Assembly (NCBI GenBank): GCA_964646255.1
Contig: CAZYDI010000001.1
Span: forward strand, 101,663-165,662
Source: an uncultured Bacteroidales bacterium
Lineage (GTDB): Bacteria > Bacteroidota > Bacteroidia > Bacteroidales > UBA10428
Direction of reading: 5' to 3'
DNA: 64,000 bases
Both the position numbers and the translations under genes were made by a program. Shown here one piece after another: positions 1-8,734 of the stretch. The stretch's first letter is position 1. Every line of letters begins with the position of its first letter. The notes below the pieces were generated by a model, which worked only from the letters and a program-made list of their open reading frames with translations, made no database searches and was not told where the DNA came from.

Positions 1-2
1 TG

Positions 3-104
3 CTCACACCCGTTACATATAAGATCATAGGCTTTCTTAAGAAGCAGGAAAAATCAGATGTATACGATATCGGAGAGCAATACAATCCGTTTAAGATAAC
101 ATAA
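3..104 (+). CDS. 3' end of a gene truncated by the window edge (product unknown)
   Basis: Only frame 3 is open from the edge (..LTPVTYKIIGFLKKQEKSDVYDIGEQYNPFKIT, TAA 102-104). It ends 15 nt before the next gene, so it may share an operon with the efflux components. No motif is recognisable in 33 residues. Confidence 0.3.
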   Translation, partial: LTPVTYKIIGFLKKQEKSDVYDIGEQYNPFKIT

Positions 105-119
105 CCTGTCAGGCTTAGG

Positions 120-881
120 ATGCGTGTAATCATCATCATCGGTTTTTTTTTACAGGTATCTTTACTTAATGCCCAGGATCGCCTGCACACTTGTTCACTT
201 GATGAAGCCCTTCAATTGGCAACATCAAACTGCCGGAACCATGCTGAAATGAAAATGCTGAAAACCAAAGTAAAGGCTTCATGGTATACCTGGTTGTACA
301 GCATAGTGAAATGGCAAACCATTCATGCATACGCACTGGCCATAAATGACCTCAGCCGCATTGCCGAATTGCATTATTCATCAGGTGAAACAGACCTGTA
401 TGAAACATCTGTACTTATAGGAAAACTGGCCGAAATTGAAACCTCCGCGTTAACCGCCGAAACTGATATTGAAATTTCCAAAGCAACACTCTGTCGTCTG
501 CTGTTCATGGATGACATCGGCATACCTGCCGATACAAACATGTCAATGTACGAAATCGATAAAGGCCCTTTGTCCTCTCCGGCCTTAACACCAAACGACT
601 CAGCGGGTGACAGCGCAGCATTCATTCATTTGAAAACAATCGAAATCTTAAACCTTGAGCTTGATAACCTCTTTATCCGGTTACAGTATTTCAGCAAATT
701 TGCGCTGAATCATGCGGAAACAACCATACACACGGCGTCATCAGCCTATAAACTGGAAGAAATAGATTATATCGAATATATTCATAAATTGGGTGAAGCT
801 TTTGAAATTAAACTAAACTATCTGTTTTTGCTTAACGCCTATAACCAGAAAGCAATTCAACTTGAAGCGTATGCGTATTGA
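120..881 (+). CDS. short TolC/CzcC-like outer-membrane efflux protein (about half normal length)
   Basis: Signal peptide MRVIIIIGFFLQVSLLNAQ. The N-terminal SLDEALQLA helix is typical of outer-membrane factors. The body is heptad-rich and helical, and the C-terminus is aromatic (..LEAYAY). The 3' end overlaps the adaptor gene. Confidence 0.5.
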   Translation: MRVIIIIGFFLQVSLLNAQDRLHTCSLDEALQLATSNCRNHAEMKMLKTKVKASWYTWLYSIVKWQTIHAYALAINDLSRIAELHYSSGETDLYETSVLIGKLAEIETSALTAETDIEISKATLCRLLFMDDIGIPADTNMSMYEIDKGPLSSPALTPNDSAGDSAAFIHLKTIEILNLELDNLFIRLQYFSKFALNHAETTIHTASSAYKLEEIDYIEYIHKLGEAFEIKLNYLFLLNAYNQKAIQLEAYAY

Positions 882-2004
882 TAAACCCATATTATTGTCA
901 TTGGCATTGTTCCTGGTATACGGTTGTTCGCGGAATAATCCTGCAGTGATAGTAGAAACTGATTCAGGAGGTAAGGCTGCGGTAGTTGAACTGCCTGAAA
1001 ACTGGATTGCCAAAACCGGTATATTAACCAACCCTGCTCATCCCCATGCTATCACAAAACTCTTTCCTGCAACAGGATTTGTTATTTCGGAGCACAATGG
1101 CAATTTGAGTATACCTTCTCCGGCCGATGGAAAAATTGTAAGGTTATATAAAGAATACGGCAATAATGTTAAAAGGGGGTCATTAATTGCAGTCATTGAG
1201 AATAGTGATTTTATCCGCCTGCAACAGGATTTTCTCGAGGCTGAAAACGAGTTCGCATTTTTTCGTGAAGAATATACGCGCCAGGGAGAGCTGACGGTTG
1301 AGAATGCAACATCCATAAAGAAAATGCAGATCGCCAAACGCAATTTCCAGAATGCCGAACTCAGATATAATTCGCTTGCATTGCAGATGAAGCTGTTGGG
1401 AATCGACCCGGACAGCCTGAATGCAGATAACATGATTGCACAGATACCTGTATATGCAAAGGTATCCGGCATAGTAACAGGCTTGCCCCTGCATGAAGGT
1501 GAATTTGCAAGAAAGGGAGAGGCACTGCTTTCCCTCTCAAATGCCCGGCAATCATCGTTAGTACAGCTTTATGTTGATGAAGACGCATTTCCTTATCTGC
1601 ATAAAGACTCAACGCTTTTCTGTTTCCCATCCTATGATTCCCTTTTGAGGATTGAAGCCGTTGTTCAGTTGGTTACCGGCTTTGTGAATCCCGACAATCA
1701 TAAGGTAACCATCATTGCTGCAATGAAAAATGTTCCGGGCGGCATCATTCCGGGGATGTCTGTGAATGCACAGATTCCTGTAAAAACAGCTGTTGGTCAT
1801 GCCGTTTTATCCTCGGCAATTTACAGGCAGGGAGCATCAAACTTTGTTTTTGCAAAGTATAAAAACCGGTATCACAAAATTAAAGTTGAACCCCATGATA
1901 CTGCTGACAATAGAATTATCATAAGCGGGTTGGCTCCCCATATGACCGACTCCATAGTTATAAGCGGGGTAGATAAGCTTGCTGCACTGTTCTCAAACAG
2001 GTAA
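871..2004 (+). CDS. efflux transporter periplasmic adaptor (HlyD/CzcB membrane-fusion family), lipoprotein
   Basis: Lipobox LALFLVYGC. Lipoyl-like GKIVRLYKEYGNNVKRGSLIAVIEN, followed by the coiled-coil hairpin LQQDFLEAENEFAFFREEYTRQGEL. The ORF opens at TTG 862; in-frame ATG 871 is preferred. Confidence 0.8.
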   Translation: MRIDKPILLSLALFLVYGCSRNNPAVIVETDSGGKAAVVELPENWIAKTGILTNPAHPHAITKLFPATGFVISEHNGNLSIPSPADGKIVRLYKEYGNNVKRGSLIAVIENSDFIRLQQDFLEAENEFAFFREEYTRQGELTVENATSIKKMQIAKRNFQNAELRYNSLALQMKLLGIDPDSLNADNMIAQIPVYAKVSGIVTGLPLHEGEFARKGEALLSLSNARQSSLVQLYVDEDAFPYLHKDSTLFCFPSYDSLLRIEAVVQLVTGFVNPDNHKVTIIAAMKNVPGGIIPGMSVNAQIPVKTAVGHAVLSSAIYRQGASNFVFAKYKNRYHKIKVEPHDTADNRIIISGLAPHMTDSIVISGVDKLAALFSNR

Positions 2005-2074
2005 GTATATACGCTACACCATCATAGCTGATAAAAATTCTGGTATTTGCAATATTTATTCGGCCTAGTTGTTC

Positions 2075-2082
2075 TATATTTG
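2075..2082 (+). promoter_or_regulatory. Bacteroidota-type -7 box TATATTTG (TAnnTTTG)
   Basis: Exact TAnnTTTG match 32 nt upstream of ATG 2114. Confidence 0.45.
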
Positions 2083-2113
2083 TTAAAACTTTTTAGTAAC
2101 AACACAATACACT

Positions 2114-3013
2114 ATGGAAACTACAAGCACTTATCAAAAACAACCTGACAATAAGCCTTCAACAGCGCTGATCGTACTTGTCATTTTGCTGTCTGTTGCG
2201 GTCATATTTTTTGGATATAAATACTTTACCAAATCAAGCCAGTTAGGTCAGACTACCGAAGAAAAAGCCATACTTGAAGATGTTAAAAGCGATTTGGAAA
2301 AACAGCTGCGCGATATGATTGTGGAATATGATTCACTCAAAACCAATAACGACAGCGTAAATACATTGCTTGACAATGAACAGGACAAGATTAAAAACCT
2401 GTTGAGAATGCAGGCAACCGATGCTGAAAAAATCAGAAAATACCAGGGAGAACTTGAAACGTTGCGCAAGGTTATGCGCAGCTATATTGTTCAGATTGAT
2501 TCACTGAATACAAGAAATCGTGAACTTACTGCTGAAAATATTCAGTTTAAAGAACAAATTACCGTTGCTGAAACACAGAATATTGAGCTTTCAAGGGAAA
2601 AAGACATGCTCAGTACACAGGTTCAGTTAGCCAAAGTACTTTCAGCTAAGAATATAGCCGTAACTCCCCAGAATAAATCCGATCGTGAAAACAGCAAGGT
2701 AAGCAAGGTGGCCAAAATAAAAGTGTGCTTTACCATCAGGGAAAACTCAGTTGCTGAAGCCGGCACCAAAGATATTTACATTCGCATAATCAGGCCGGAT
2801 GAAGTTGTTTTACCTTCCGGCAGCGGAGAAACTTTTTCGTTTAATGGTGAACAGGTAATTTTCTCGGCCAAACGCCAGCTCGATTATGAAAACAAGGACA
2901 TTGAAATGTGTATTTTCTGGGATAAGAATGCTGATCTTATAGCCGGTAATTATACGGTTATCTTATATGCCGAGAATTATGAGATTGGCTCAGCAACATT
3001 TGCGCTTAAATAG
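2114..3013 (+). CDS. membrane-anchored coiled-coil protein, function unknown
   Basis: N-terminal TM helix ALIVLVILLSVAVIFFGY, then about 150 aa of heptad-rich coiled coil, then a beta-rich C-terminal domain. Followed by a strong terminator. Confidence 0.6.
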   Translation: METTSTYQKQPDNKPSTALIVLVILLSVAVIFFGYKYFTKSSQLGQTTEEKAILEDVKSDLEKQLRDMIVEYDSLKTNNDSVNTLLDNEQDKIKNLLRMQATDAEKIRKYQGELETLRKVMRSYIVQIDSLNTRNRELTAENIQFKEQITVAETQNIELSREKDMLSTQVQLAKVLSAKNIAVTPQNKSDRENSKVSKVAKIKVCFTIRENSVAEAGTKDIYIRIIRPDEVVLPSGSGETFSFNGEQVIFSAKRQLDYENKDIEMCIFWDKNADLIAGNYTVILYAENYEIGSATFALK

Positions 3014-3039
3014 ACTTACATGGCTTGTGCCTGATATAA

Positions 3040-3069
3040 AACCTCCGGAAACACCGGAGGTTTTTTTTT
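3040..3069. terminator. bidirectional intrinsic terminator
   Basis: AACCTCCGG-aaaca-CCGGAGGTT is a perfect 9-bp stem, followed by T9 on the plus strand. On the minus strand it is preceded by A9 and followed by TTTTATAT. It sits between convergent genes. Confidence 0.75.
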
Positions 3070-4186
3070 ATTGAATAATGCCGGACAGAATGTAATCGGA
3101 TACAAGCCATGACTTTTTTGGGATTCTGAAAATATTGCCTTCGCTGATGATCGTTCCTTTTTCCAATTCAGGCCTCACGGCTTTCAGGAATCGCTGCTCA
3201 TTTTCCTCTCCAAACTGAGTTCGAAGCTTATTTCTGTCCAATCCCCACATCGTCCTTAAGGACACCATTACATATTCATTGTACTTATCGCCGGGAGATA
3301 AATGTTCAATTTCATGAACCGCTTTCCCCTCATTTATTCCTTCAATGTATTTTTTTACATGGGCAACATTCCATTGCCTTGAAATCAGATTGTAGGAATG
3401 TGCCGAAGGACCCAATCCCAAATAAGGCGTTTGCAGCCAATAATTTGAATTGTGCCTTGAAAAATATCCTTCCCTGGCCAGATTTGATATTTCATAATGA
3501 ATGAATCCTTCACGGCCGGCAAAGGCGACCAACGCCTCATATTGTGCCGCACTTACCTCATCACCAACAGGATGTAAGCCCCCGATTGACTGCAGGCGCC
3601 AAAGCGCAGTACCAGGTTCTATGCTTAAATGATAAGCCGATAAGTGCTTTACTTCCTTTATACACTCAAGATTATGTTTCCATTGTTCCATGTTCATTCC
3701 CGGTATGCCATAAATAAGATCCACACTGACATTCCGAAATCCGGCAGCCAGAACAAGATTAATTGAATTCATTGCCTGCGCTCCATCGTGGCGGCGGTTT
3801 AAAAAGCTAAGGTGCTCGTTGAAAAATGACTGTATGCCAATGCTCAGCCGGTTTAAACCATTTATGTCCGAAAGGGCCTGAACATACTCCGGTGTAAGGT
3901 CGTCCGGATTTGCTTCCAGACTTATCTCACACTCAGGAGTTACCGGGAATTTGGACCTCAGCATATTAATCAGCCTGTCAATTTGTGCTGAACCAAGCAA
4001 GGAAGGTGTACCTCCTCCTATGTAAATGGTATTGACGTCCTCATTCAGGTAGTGTTGCCTGGCGTCAGCCTCTTTTTCGAGCGCCGATAAGTATTCCGGT
4101 ATCAGCCCGGTAAGGGCTGATTTATAAAAGTCGCAATAGCTGCAAATTCTCTTGCAAAAGGGAATATGTATATAAATACCGGCCAT
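3068..4186 (-). CDS. hemW: radical SAM family heme chaperone / coproporphyrinogen III oxidase-like protein
   Basis: Radical-SAM motif HIPFCKRICSYCDFY (CxxxCxxC). The ORF opens at 4303, but the family N-terminus corresponds to MAGIYIHIPFC (ATG 4184-4186). Confidence 0.85.
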   Translation of the reverse strand: MAGIYIHIPFCKRICSYCDFYKSALTGLIPEYLSALEKEADARQHYLNEDVNTIYIGGGTPSLLGSAQIDRLINMLRSKFPVTPECEISLEANPDDLTPEYVQALSDINGLNRLSIGIQSFFNEHLSFLNRRHDGAQAMNSINLVLAAGFRNVSVDLIYGIPGMNMEQWKHNLECIKEVKHLSAYHLSIEPGTALWRLQSIGGLHPVGDEVSAAQYEALVAFAGREGFIHYEISNLAREGYFSRHNSNYWLQTPYLGLGPSAHSYNLISRQWNVAHVKKYIEGINEGKAVHEIEHLSPGDKYNEYVMVSLRTMWGLDRNKLRTQFGEENEQRFLKAVRPELEKGTIISEGNIFRIPKKSWLVSDYILSGIIQ

Positions 4187-4313
4187 AATATTGGCAAAAT
4201 TACCGTGGTGTAAAATTGCGAATTTATTTGACGAGATGTCATACAACGGTCTTGTTGAACAGTGGAATAAAATCTTATCTTTATGGCAATGAAGTAATCG
4301 CATTTAAAAAACT

Positions 4314-6839
4314 GTGAAGGTACCGGTAAAATACTCTCGTAAAAAGGCTGAATCAAAGGCATTTCAGGAAGAATACCAAAAGAGAATTGCTGAAATTAAA
4401 GCCCTAAACGAAAAACTAACCCTGATTAATGAGGAGTTATCTGTAACCAATGCGGAATTAAAAGCATATCAGAATAAACTTGAAGAACTGGTTTCAATCC
4501 GCACACATGAGCTTCAGAAGAAAGAGGAATCCCTTAAGTATAAAAGCCGTCTTGAAAGCCTGGTTACAGGTATATCAACCCGATTCTTCAATTTATCACC
4601 GGAACTGGTGGACAATTCCATCAACAATTCACTCATGGAGATCAGTATGTTTTTTGGTGCTGAAGCTGCATTTCTGGGAGAAATATCGTATTCCGAAAAC
4701 GCCTATCAAATAACCCATATATGGAAAAATGATTCCGTAAGCTATAACCCGGATTACTTTAAGAAAGCCCCGCTTGATGATATCGCCTGGTGGCTTGATA
4801 AAATTCATGAACAAAAGTTTTATGTCTTTGATTACAGGAATAATCAACAAGCAAAAGGACCGCCATCTAAAGGAGCGCATCTTCAGGGTATCGGCTTCAT
4901 AACTTTTATGCCCATCATTTACCAGGGAAATATTGTCGGCTTTACAGGCCTTACCTCACTGAACAATGTGCACAAATGGGATGATGATGAAATAAGGATG
5001 CTTTACCAGATTGGTGAAGTTTTTGTAACGGCCTTGAAACGAAAAGAATCCGAAAAAATTCTGATAGAAAATGAACGAAACTATCGTGAAATTTTCAATG
5101 CCACAAGCGAAGCCATAATCATATATGATTACCATAATGCGCGCATCATTGATGTAAACCAGGCAGCACTTAAGCTGTTCGGGATTAATTACGATGAGGC
5201 ATTCCACACCAATATCGATAAATACAGCAATATCGAACATGGGTTTAACCGCCGCACAATGCTTGCACAAATAAGGCGAACCCTCAAAGAAGGTCCTGTG
5301 GTATTTGAATGGCAGGCAAAAAGGAAGAACGGTGAAATATTCTGGACAGAGGTATCACTCAAACAAACTGAAATAGCAGGCGATTTACGCATTATTGCAG
5401 TACTCAGGGATATTTCGGAGCGAAAGCGATCCCAGGAAATCATTATTCAGAGCGAGGAGCGCTTCCGCTCCATTGTTCAGTTTCTTACTGATATCATAAT
5501 GATCATAAACCAGGATGTAACCATTACCTATGAATCCCCGTCATGTTCCCTGGTGTTGGGATATCCTCCCGGTTATCTCATCGGTAAAAAAGGCTTTGAT
5601 ATTATCCACCCCGATGACGTCGCCTATGTAAAAAACGACCTGGAAGAAGTATTCGATAATGCAAACGATTATCTGCCCACCGAATTCAGGGTAAAAGGCC
5701 ACAACGGGCAATGGATATCCCTTGAAGTGATAGCCAACAATATGCTTTATCACCCGGCAATACAAGGTATTATTATAACAGGACGCGATGTAACGGAACG
5801 CAGAAGGGTAGAAAAGGCCTTAAAAGTAAGTGAAACCAAATTCAGAAATATTTTCAACAACAGCAGTGACCCCATTGTTATTATCAGCAATACCAATAGC
5901 CTGCTTGAAGTAAATGAAGTGTTTTTGCAGATAACCGGATATAACCTGGAAGAAACACGAAAAATGAAGTTAACCGAAATTATCACCGATCCATATTTGC
6001 CATTGCTTGAAAGACTGGTCAGAATTTTCAGGAATGAAAGCCAGCCGGTCATTGAATGTGAAATCAAATGCAAGAACAAAACTACCTTCCCTGCCGAAAT
6101 TAACAGTAAGTTAATTGAGTATGAAGGTGATTATGCCTTAATATCAGTAATCCGGAACATAACCGAACGAAAGCAACTGGAAAGCCGTATTCTGGATACC
6201 ATCATATCTACCGAAGAAAAAGAACGCGAGAAACTTGCCCGCAATCTGCACGATGAACTGGGACCCTTGCTGTCCAGTATTAAAATGTACATTAATTCAC
6301 TTACATCATCCATCGAAAAACCCAAATACGATTTTATCATCGAACAGCTTAAAATTATTCTCAAGGAAGTCATTCAAAGCACCAAGGAAATATCAAACGA
6401 CCTGAGCCCTCATGTACTTGCAAACTACGGATTGCTGGCTGCACTGGAATGGTTTATAAACAAGCTTAAACCCCATATAACCATTAACTTTGAAACCAAT
6501 CTCCGCGATGAACGCTTTCCAACCTCCATGGAACTTTCAATTTACCGGATTATCAAGGAACTCATAAACAACACGATAAAGCACGCCCAGGCAACAACAA
6601 TAACCATCAGGCTGCATGTTATTCTTAAATCCATTCATCTTCACTATGCCGACAACGGGACAGGCTTTAATGAGGTATGGAATAACAATTATGCCTATAT
6701 GGGTATGGGTATGTCAAATATTATCAGCAGGTGCAGGACAATCAACGCAACCAGCAAATTTTTTAACAATGCACCCAAAGGAATGGCTTTTGAAATGCAG
6801 GTGCCTGCCGATGATTATTTGCCTGATCACTTTAGTTAA
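4314..6839 (+). CDS. cytoplasmic multi-PAS sensor histidine kinase (HisKA_3 / NarX-type core)
   Basis: No TM segment. N-terminal coiled coil and a GAF-like region. Three PAS/PAC units end in LRDISERKRSQE, GRDVTERRRVEK and IRNITERKQLES. H-box LARNLHDELGP, N-box ELINNTIKHA, G-boxes DNGTGF and GMGMSNI. GTG start immediately after an in-frame stop. Confidence 0.85.
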   Translation: MKVPVKYSRKKAESKAFQEEYQKRIAEIKALNEKLTLINEELSVTNAELKAYQNKLEELVSIRTHELQKKEESLKYKSRLESLVTGISTRFFNLSPELVDNSINNSLMEISMFFGAEAAFLGEISYSENAYQITHIWKNDSVSYNPDYFKKAPLDDIAWWLDKIHEQKFYVFDYRNNQQAKGPPSKGAHLQGIGFITFMPIIYQGNIVGFTGLTSLNNVHKWDDDEIRMLYQIGEVFVTALKRKESEKILIENERNYREIFNATSEAIIIYDYHNARIIDVNQAALKLFGINYDEAFHTNIDKYSNIEHGFNRRTMLAQIRRTLKEGPVVFEWQAKRKNGEIFWTEVSLKQTEIAGDLRIIAVLRDISERKRSQEIIIQSEERFRSIVQFLTDIIMIINQDVTITYESPSCSLVLGYPPGYLIGKKGFDIIHPDDVAYVKNDLEEVFDNANDYLPTEFRVKGHNGQWISLEVIANNMLYHPAIQGIIITGRDVTERRRVEKALKVSETKFRNIFNNSSDPIVIISNTNSLLEVNEVFLQITGYNLEETRKMKLTEIITDPYLPLLERLVRIFRNESQPVIECEIKCKNKTTFPAEINSKLIEYEGDYALISVIRNITERKQLESRILDTIISTEEKEREKLARNLHDELGPLLSSIKMYINSLTSSIEKPKYDFIIEQLKIILKEVIQSTKEISNDLSPHVLANYGLLAALEWFINKLKPHITINFETNLRDERFPTSMELSIYRIIKELINNTIKHAQATTITIRLHVILKSIHLHYADNGTGFNEVWNNNYAYMGMGMSNIISRCRTINATSKFFNNAPKGMAFEMQVPADDYLPDHFS

Positions 6840-6843
6840 CACC

Positions 6844-7473
6844 ATGAAGCTTCCTGAGATTATACTGGTTGATGACCACTGTTTATTCCGGTCGGGATTG
6901 AAATACCTGCTCGAATCATCGGGCAAATACAAAGTTGCCGGCGAAACTTCCGGTGTTGAAGGACTATTGGAACTGTTGGAAAATAAAAACGCCGGATTGG
7001 TAATCATGGTTATCAATTGCCCGGAAATCAAGGGCCTGGAAACAACCCGGCTGGTAATGGAAAAATTCCCGCACTTAAAGGTACTTGTAATATCCAACAG
7101 CGGAGAAACGGAATACTATCATTCACTGCTCGACTGCGGGATTAAGGGTTTTTTACTAAAAGATACCGATCACGAAGAGTTTTTTCTTGCCATCGGAAAA
7201 ATTATCGAAGGGGAAACCTATTATGCCCAGGAGTTACTGCTCAACCTTATACGCGAAAATCTGCCCGCTGAGAAAGTAAAGTTTTCAAAACGTGAAAAGG
7301 AAATTCTTCAACTGATCATCCAGGGACTCTCTACGCATGAAATTGCGGTCATGCTTAGCCTTAGTCAAAGAACAGTGGAACGACACCGCACTCACCTGCT
7401 TGAAAAAACCGGTTCGAGAAACTCCATACGGCTTGTAGTTTATGCGCTTAAAAATAAACTTATTTCAATTTGA
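6844..7473 (+). CDS. NarL/LuxR-family response regulator with atypical receiver (phospho-acceptor Asp replaced by Val)
   Basis: Receiver pocket ILVDDH, VLVISNSG and GFLLKD. The C-terminal LuxR HTH reads FSKREKEILQLIIQGLSTHEIAVMLSLSQRTVERHR. The acceptor position reads GLVIMVINCPEIKG. ATG 6844 lies 4 nt after the kinase stop. The upstream ORF extension from 6616 overlaps the kinase and is rejected. Confidence 0.85.
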   Translation: MKLPEIILVDDHCLFRSGLKYLLESSGKYKVAGETSGVEGLLELLENKNAGLVIMVINCPEIKGLETTRLVMEKFPHLKVLVISNSGETEYYHSLLDCGIKGFLLKDTDHEEFFLAIGKIIEGETYYAQELLLNLIRENLPAEKVKFSKREKEILQLIIQGLSTHEIAVMLSLSQRTVERHRTHLLEKTGSRNSIRLVVYALKNKLISI

Positions 7474-7576
7474 GTATTTATAACATTATTAATGTCGGTA
7501 AATACGTATATGTTAATAGGTAGTTATAGGGTTATTTTTAAGTATATTTTCCCTTACCAGCTATATCCTCAAAATT

Positions 7577-7584
7577 TATATTTG
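7577..7584 (+). promoter_or_regulatory. -7 box TATATTTG inside the 325-nt spacer
   Basis: Exact TAnnTTTG match. A near-copy, TATATTTA, sits 10 nt downstream. About 80 nt upstream of the hairpin at 7663. Confidence 0.35.
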
Positions 7585-7589
7585 TGTAT

Positions 7590-7705
7590 ATTTATTGTGT
7601 CAAAGGATTCTATAGATTATTCAAAATATTTAAGATAGGGTTTGGTTGGATTTAGGTAGGAAAGCGGGGAGTTGGTTTTTAACTGACTTCCCGCTGGATT
7701 TTTAT
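7590..7705 (+). ncRNA. candidate small RNA (promoter-to-terminator unit, about 115 nt)
   Basis: Bounded by the -7 box at 7577-7584 and the intrinsic terminator at 7663-7705. No ATG in the interval. G/T-rich body GATAGGGTTTGGTTGGATTTAGGTAGG. No known RNA family recognised. Confidence 0.25.
7663..7705 (+). terminator. intrinsic terminator-like hairpin
   Basis: AGCGGGGAGT (7663-7672) pairs with ACTTCCCGCT (7686-7695): 10 bp including one G-U pair, with a 13-nt loop. Followed by GGATTTTTAT. Confidence 0.55.
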
Positions 7706-7798
7706 GGCATCCGGTAAAATTTCTTTAGCCTTATAGCGCATTTGCTTTTTTTTAGTAATTTAGAAAAGCATAATATATACAACAACCTGATTATCAAA

Positions 7799-8179
7799 AT
7801 GAAGAAATTGAAAGTGTTGATTGTGGATGATAATCCTCATTTTGTTAACGCCCTGAAGTTTATGCTTTTTGATTACTTCGAAGACCGTCTCGAATCAATA
7901 GCAGTAGCAAAAGATGGTCTGGACTGCTTAAATCAACTAAAAAACAAGGTATGTGATTTTGTATTCATGGATATCAACATGCCCAATATGAATGGTATTG
8001 AAGCTACCCGGCAGGCAACCATCCTTTACCGGAACCTCATTGTCATTGCCATCTCTTTTCATTCCGAAATGAAATACGTTGTGCAAATGATAGAAGCCGG
8101 AGCCAGAAGCTATATTATTAAGGACGAGATCAGCAAAGAATCCCTGGAAAAAGCACTCGCAATAGAATATACTTTTTAA
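7799..8179 (+). CDS. single-domain (CheY-like) response regulator receiver
   Basis: LIVDDN acidic pocket, canonical acceptor FVFMDINMPNMNG, VIAISFH and YIIKD. No output domain. The ORF opens at TTG 7742, but ATG 7799 (MKKLKVLIVDD) matches the family N-terminus. Confidence 0.8.
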   Translation: MKKLKVLIVDDNPHFVNALKFMLFDYFEDRLESIAVAKDGLDCLNQLKNKVCDFVFMDINMPNMNGIEATRQATILYRNLIVIAISFHSEMKYVVQMIEAGARSYIIKDEISKESLEKALAIEYTF

Positions 8180-8284
8180 TTTCCCGATTGTTATCCGTTC
8201 GTTTTTATTTTCGTTGCAGCACGGCAATCCACGAAAAAATTACAGAAATTGAAACTTTATTTTGTATGCAAAAACTTTTGAACT

Positions 8285-8659
8285 ATGCATTTAGCCATTA
8301 AAGAAACAGTATATACCCCGTCTGTGAGCGTCAATCCCGCTGATCATAAAATATTGATTTCCGGCCAGTCCCGCCTTGAAGATCCTGCTTCGTTTTATGA
8401 GGAACTTATTACAGTGCTGGAAAATGCAATCGACGAATTCAAAACTCAGCTGTCCATTGATTTTAAACTTGCTTATCTAAACACAAGTTCATCAAAATGG
8501 CTTTTACACATACTCAAGGGTTTGCAGAATAAGTACCACGGCAAAAAACTGATTACCATCAATTGGTATTATGATGAAGACGACGACAGCATGCTCGAAG
8601 CCGGAGAGGTCTTTCAATCACTGCTCCATTTGCCGTTTAACCTGGTTGAGAACGGATAA
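8285..8659 (+). CDS. DUF1987 / SiaC-like regulatory phosphoprotein
   Basis: Family pattern YTPSVSVNPADHKILISGQSRLEDPASFYE, FKLAYLNTSSSKWLLHIL and WYYDEDDDSMLEAGEVF. This parallels Pseudomonas SiaC (..LYLNTSSIK.., phospho-Thr in the NTSS motif). Confidence 0.8.
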   Translation: MHLAIKETVYTPSVSVNPADHKILISGQSRLEDPASFYEELITVLENAIDEFKTQLSIDFKLAYLNTSSSKWLLHILKGLQNKYHGKKLITINWYYDEDDDSMLEAGEVFQSLLHLPFNLVENG

Positions 8660-8734
8660 ATATTTTACTTGTTTCTGATATACTATCGTGAGGCAAAAAT
8701 CGGTTTTATGGATATCACATTAAACTTTTGAGTT

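Noticed and set aside
6616-6843. Long N-terminal extensions offered by the ORF track for several genes: 6616, 4303, 7742, 11606, 16811, 31748, 38668, 53998.
   Set aside because: The extensions overlap upstream genes or read through promoter DNA, and they encode hydrophobic AT-rich junk. Internal ATGs coincide with family N-termini, and in several cases TAnnTTTG boxes lie inside the supposed extension.
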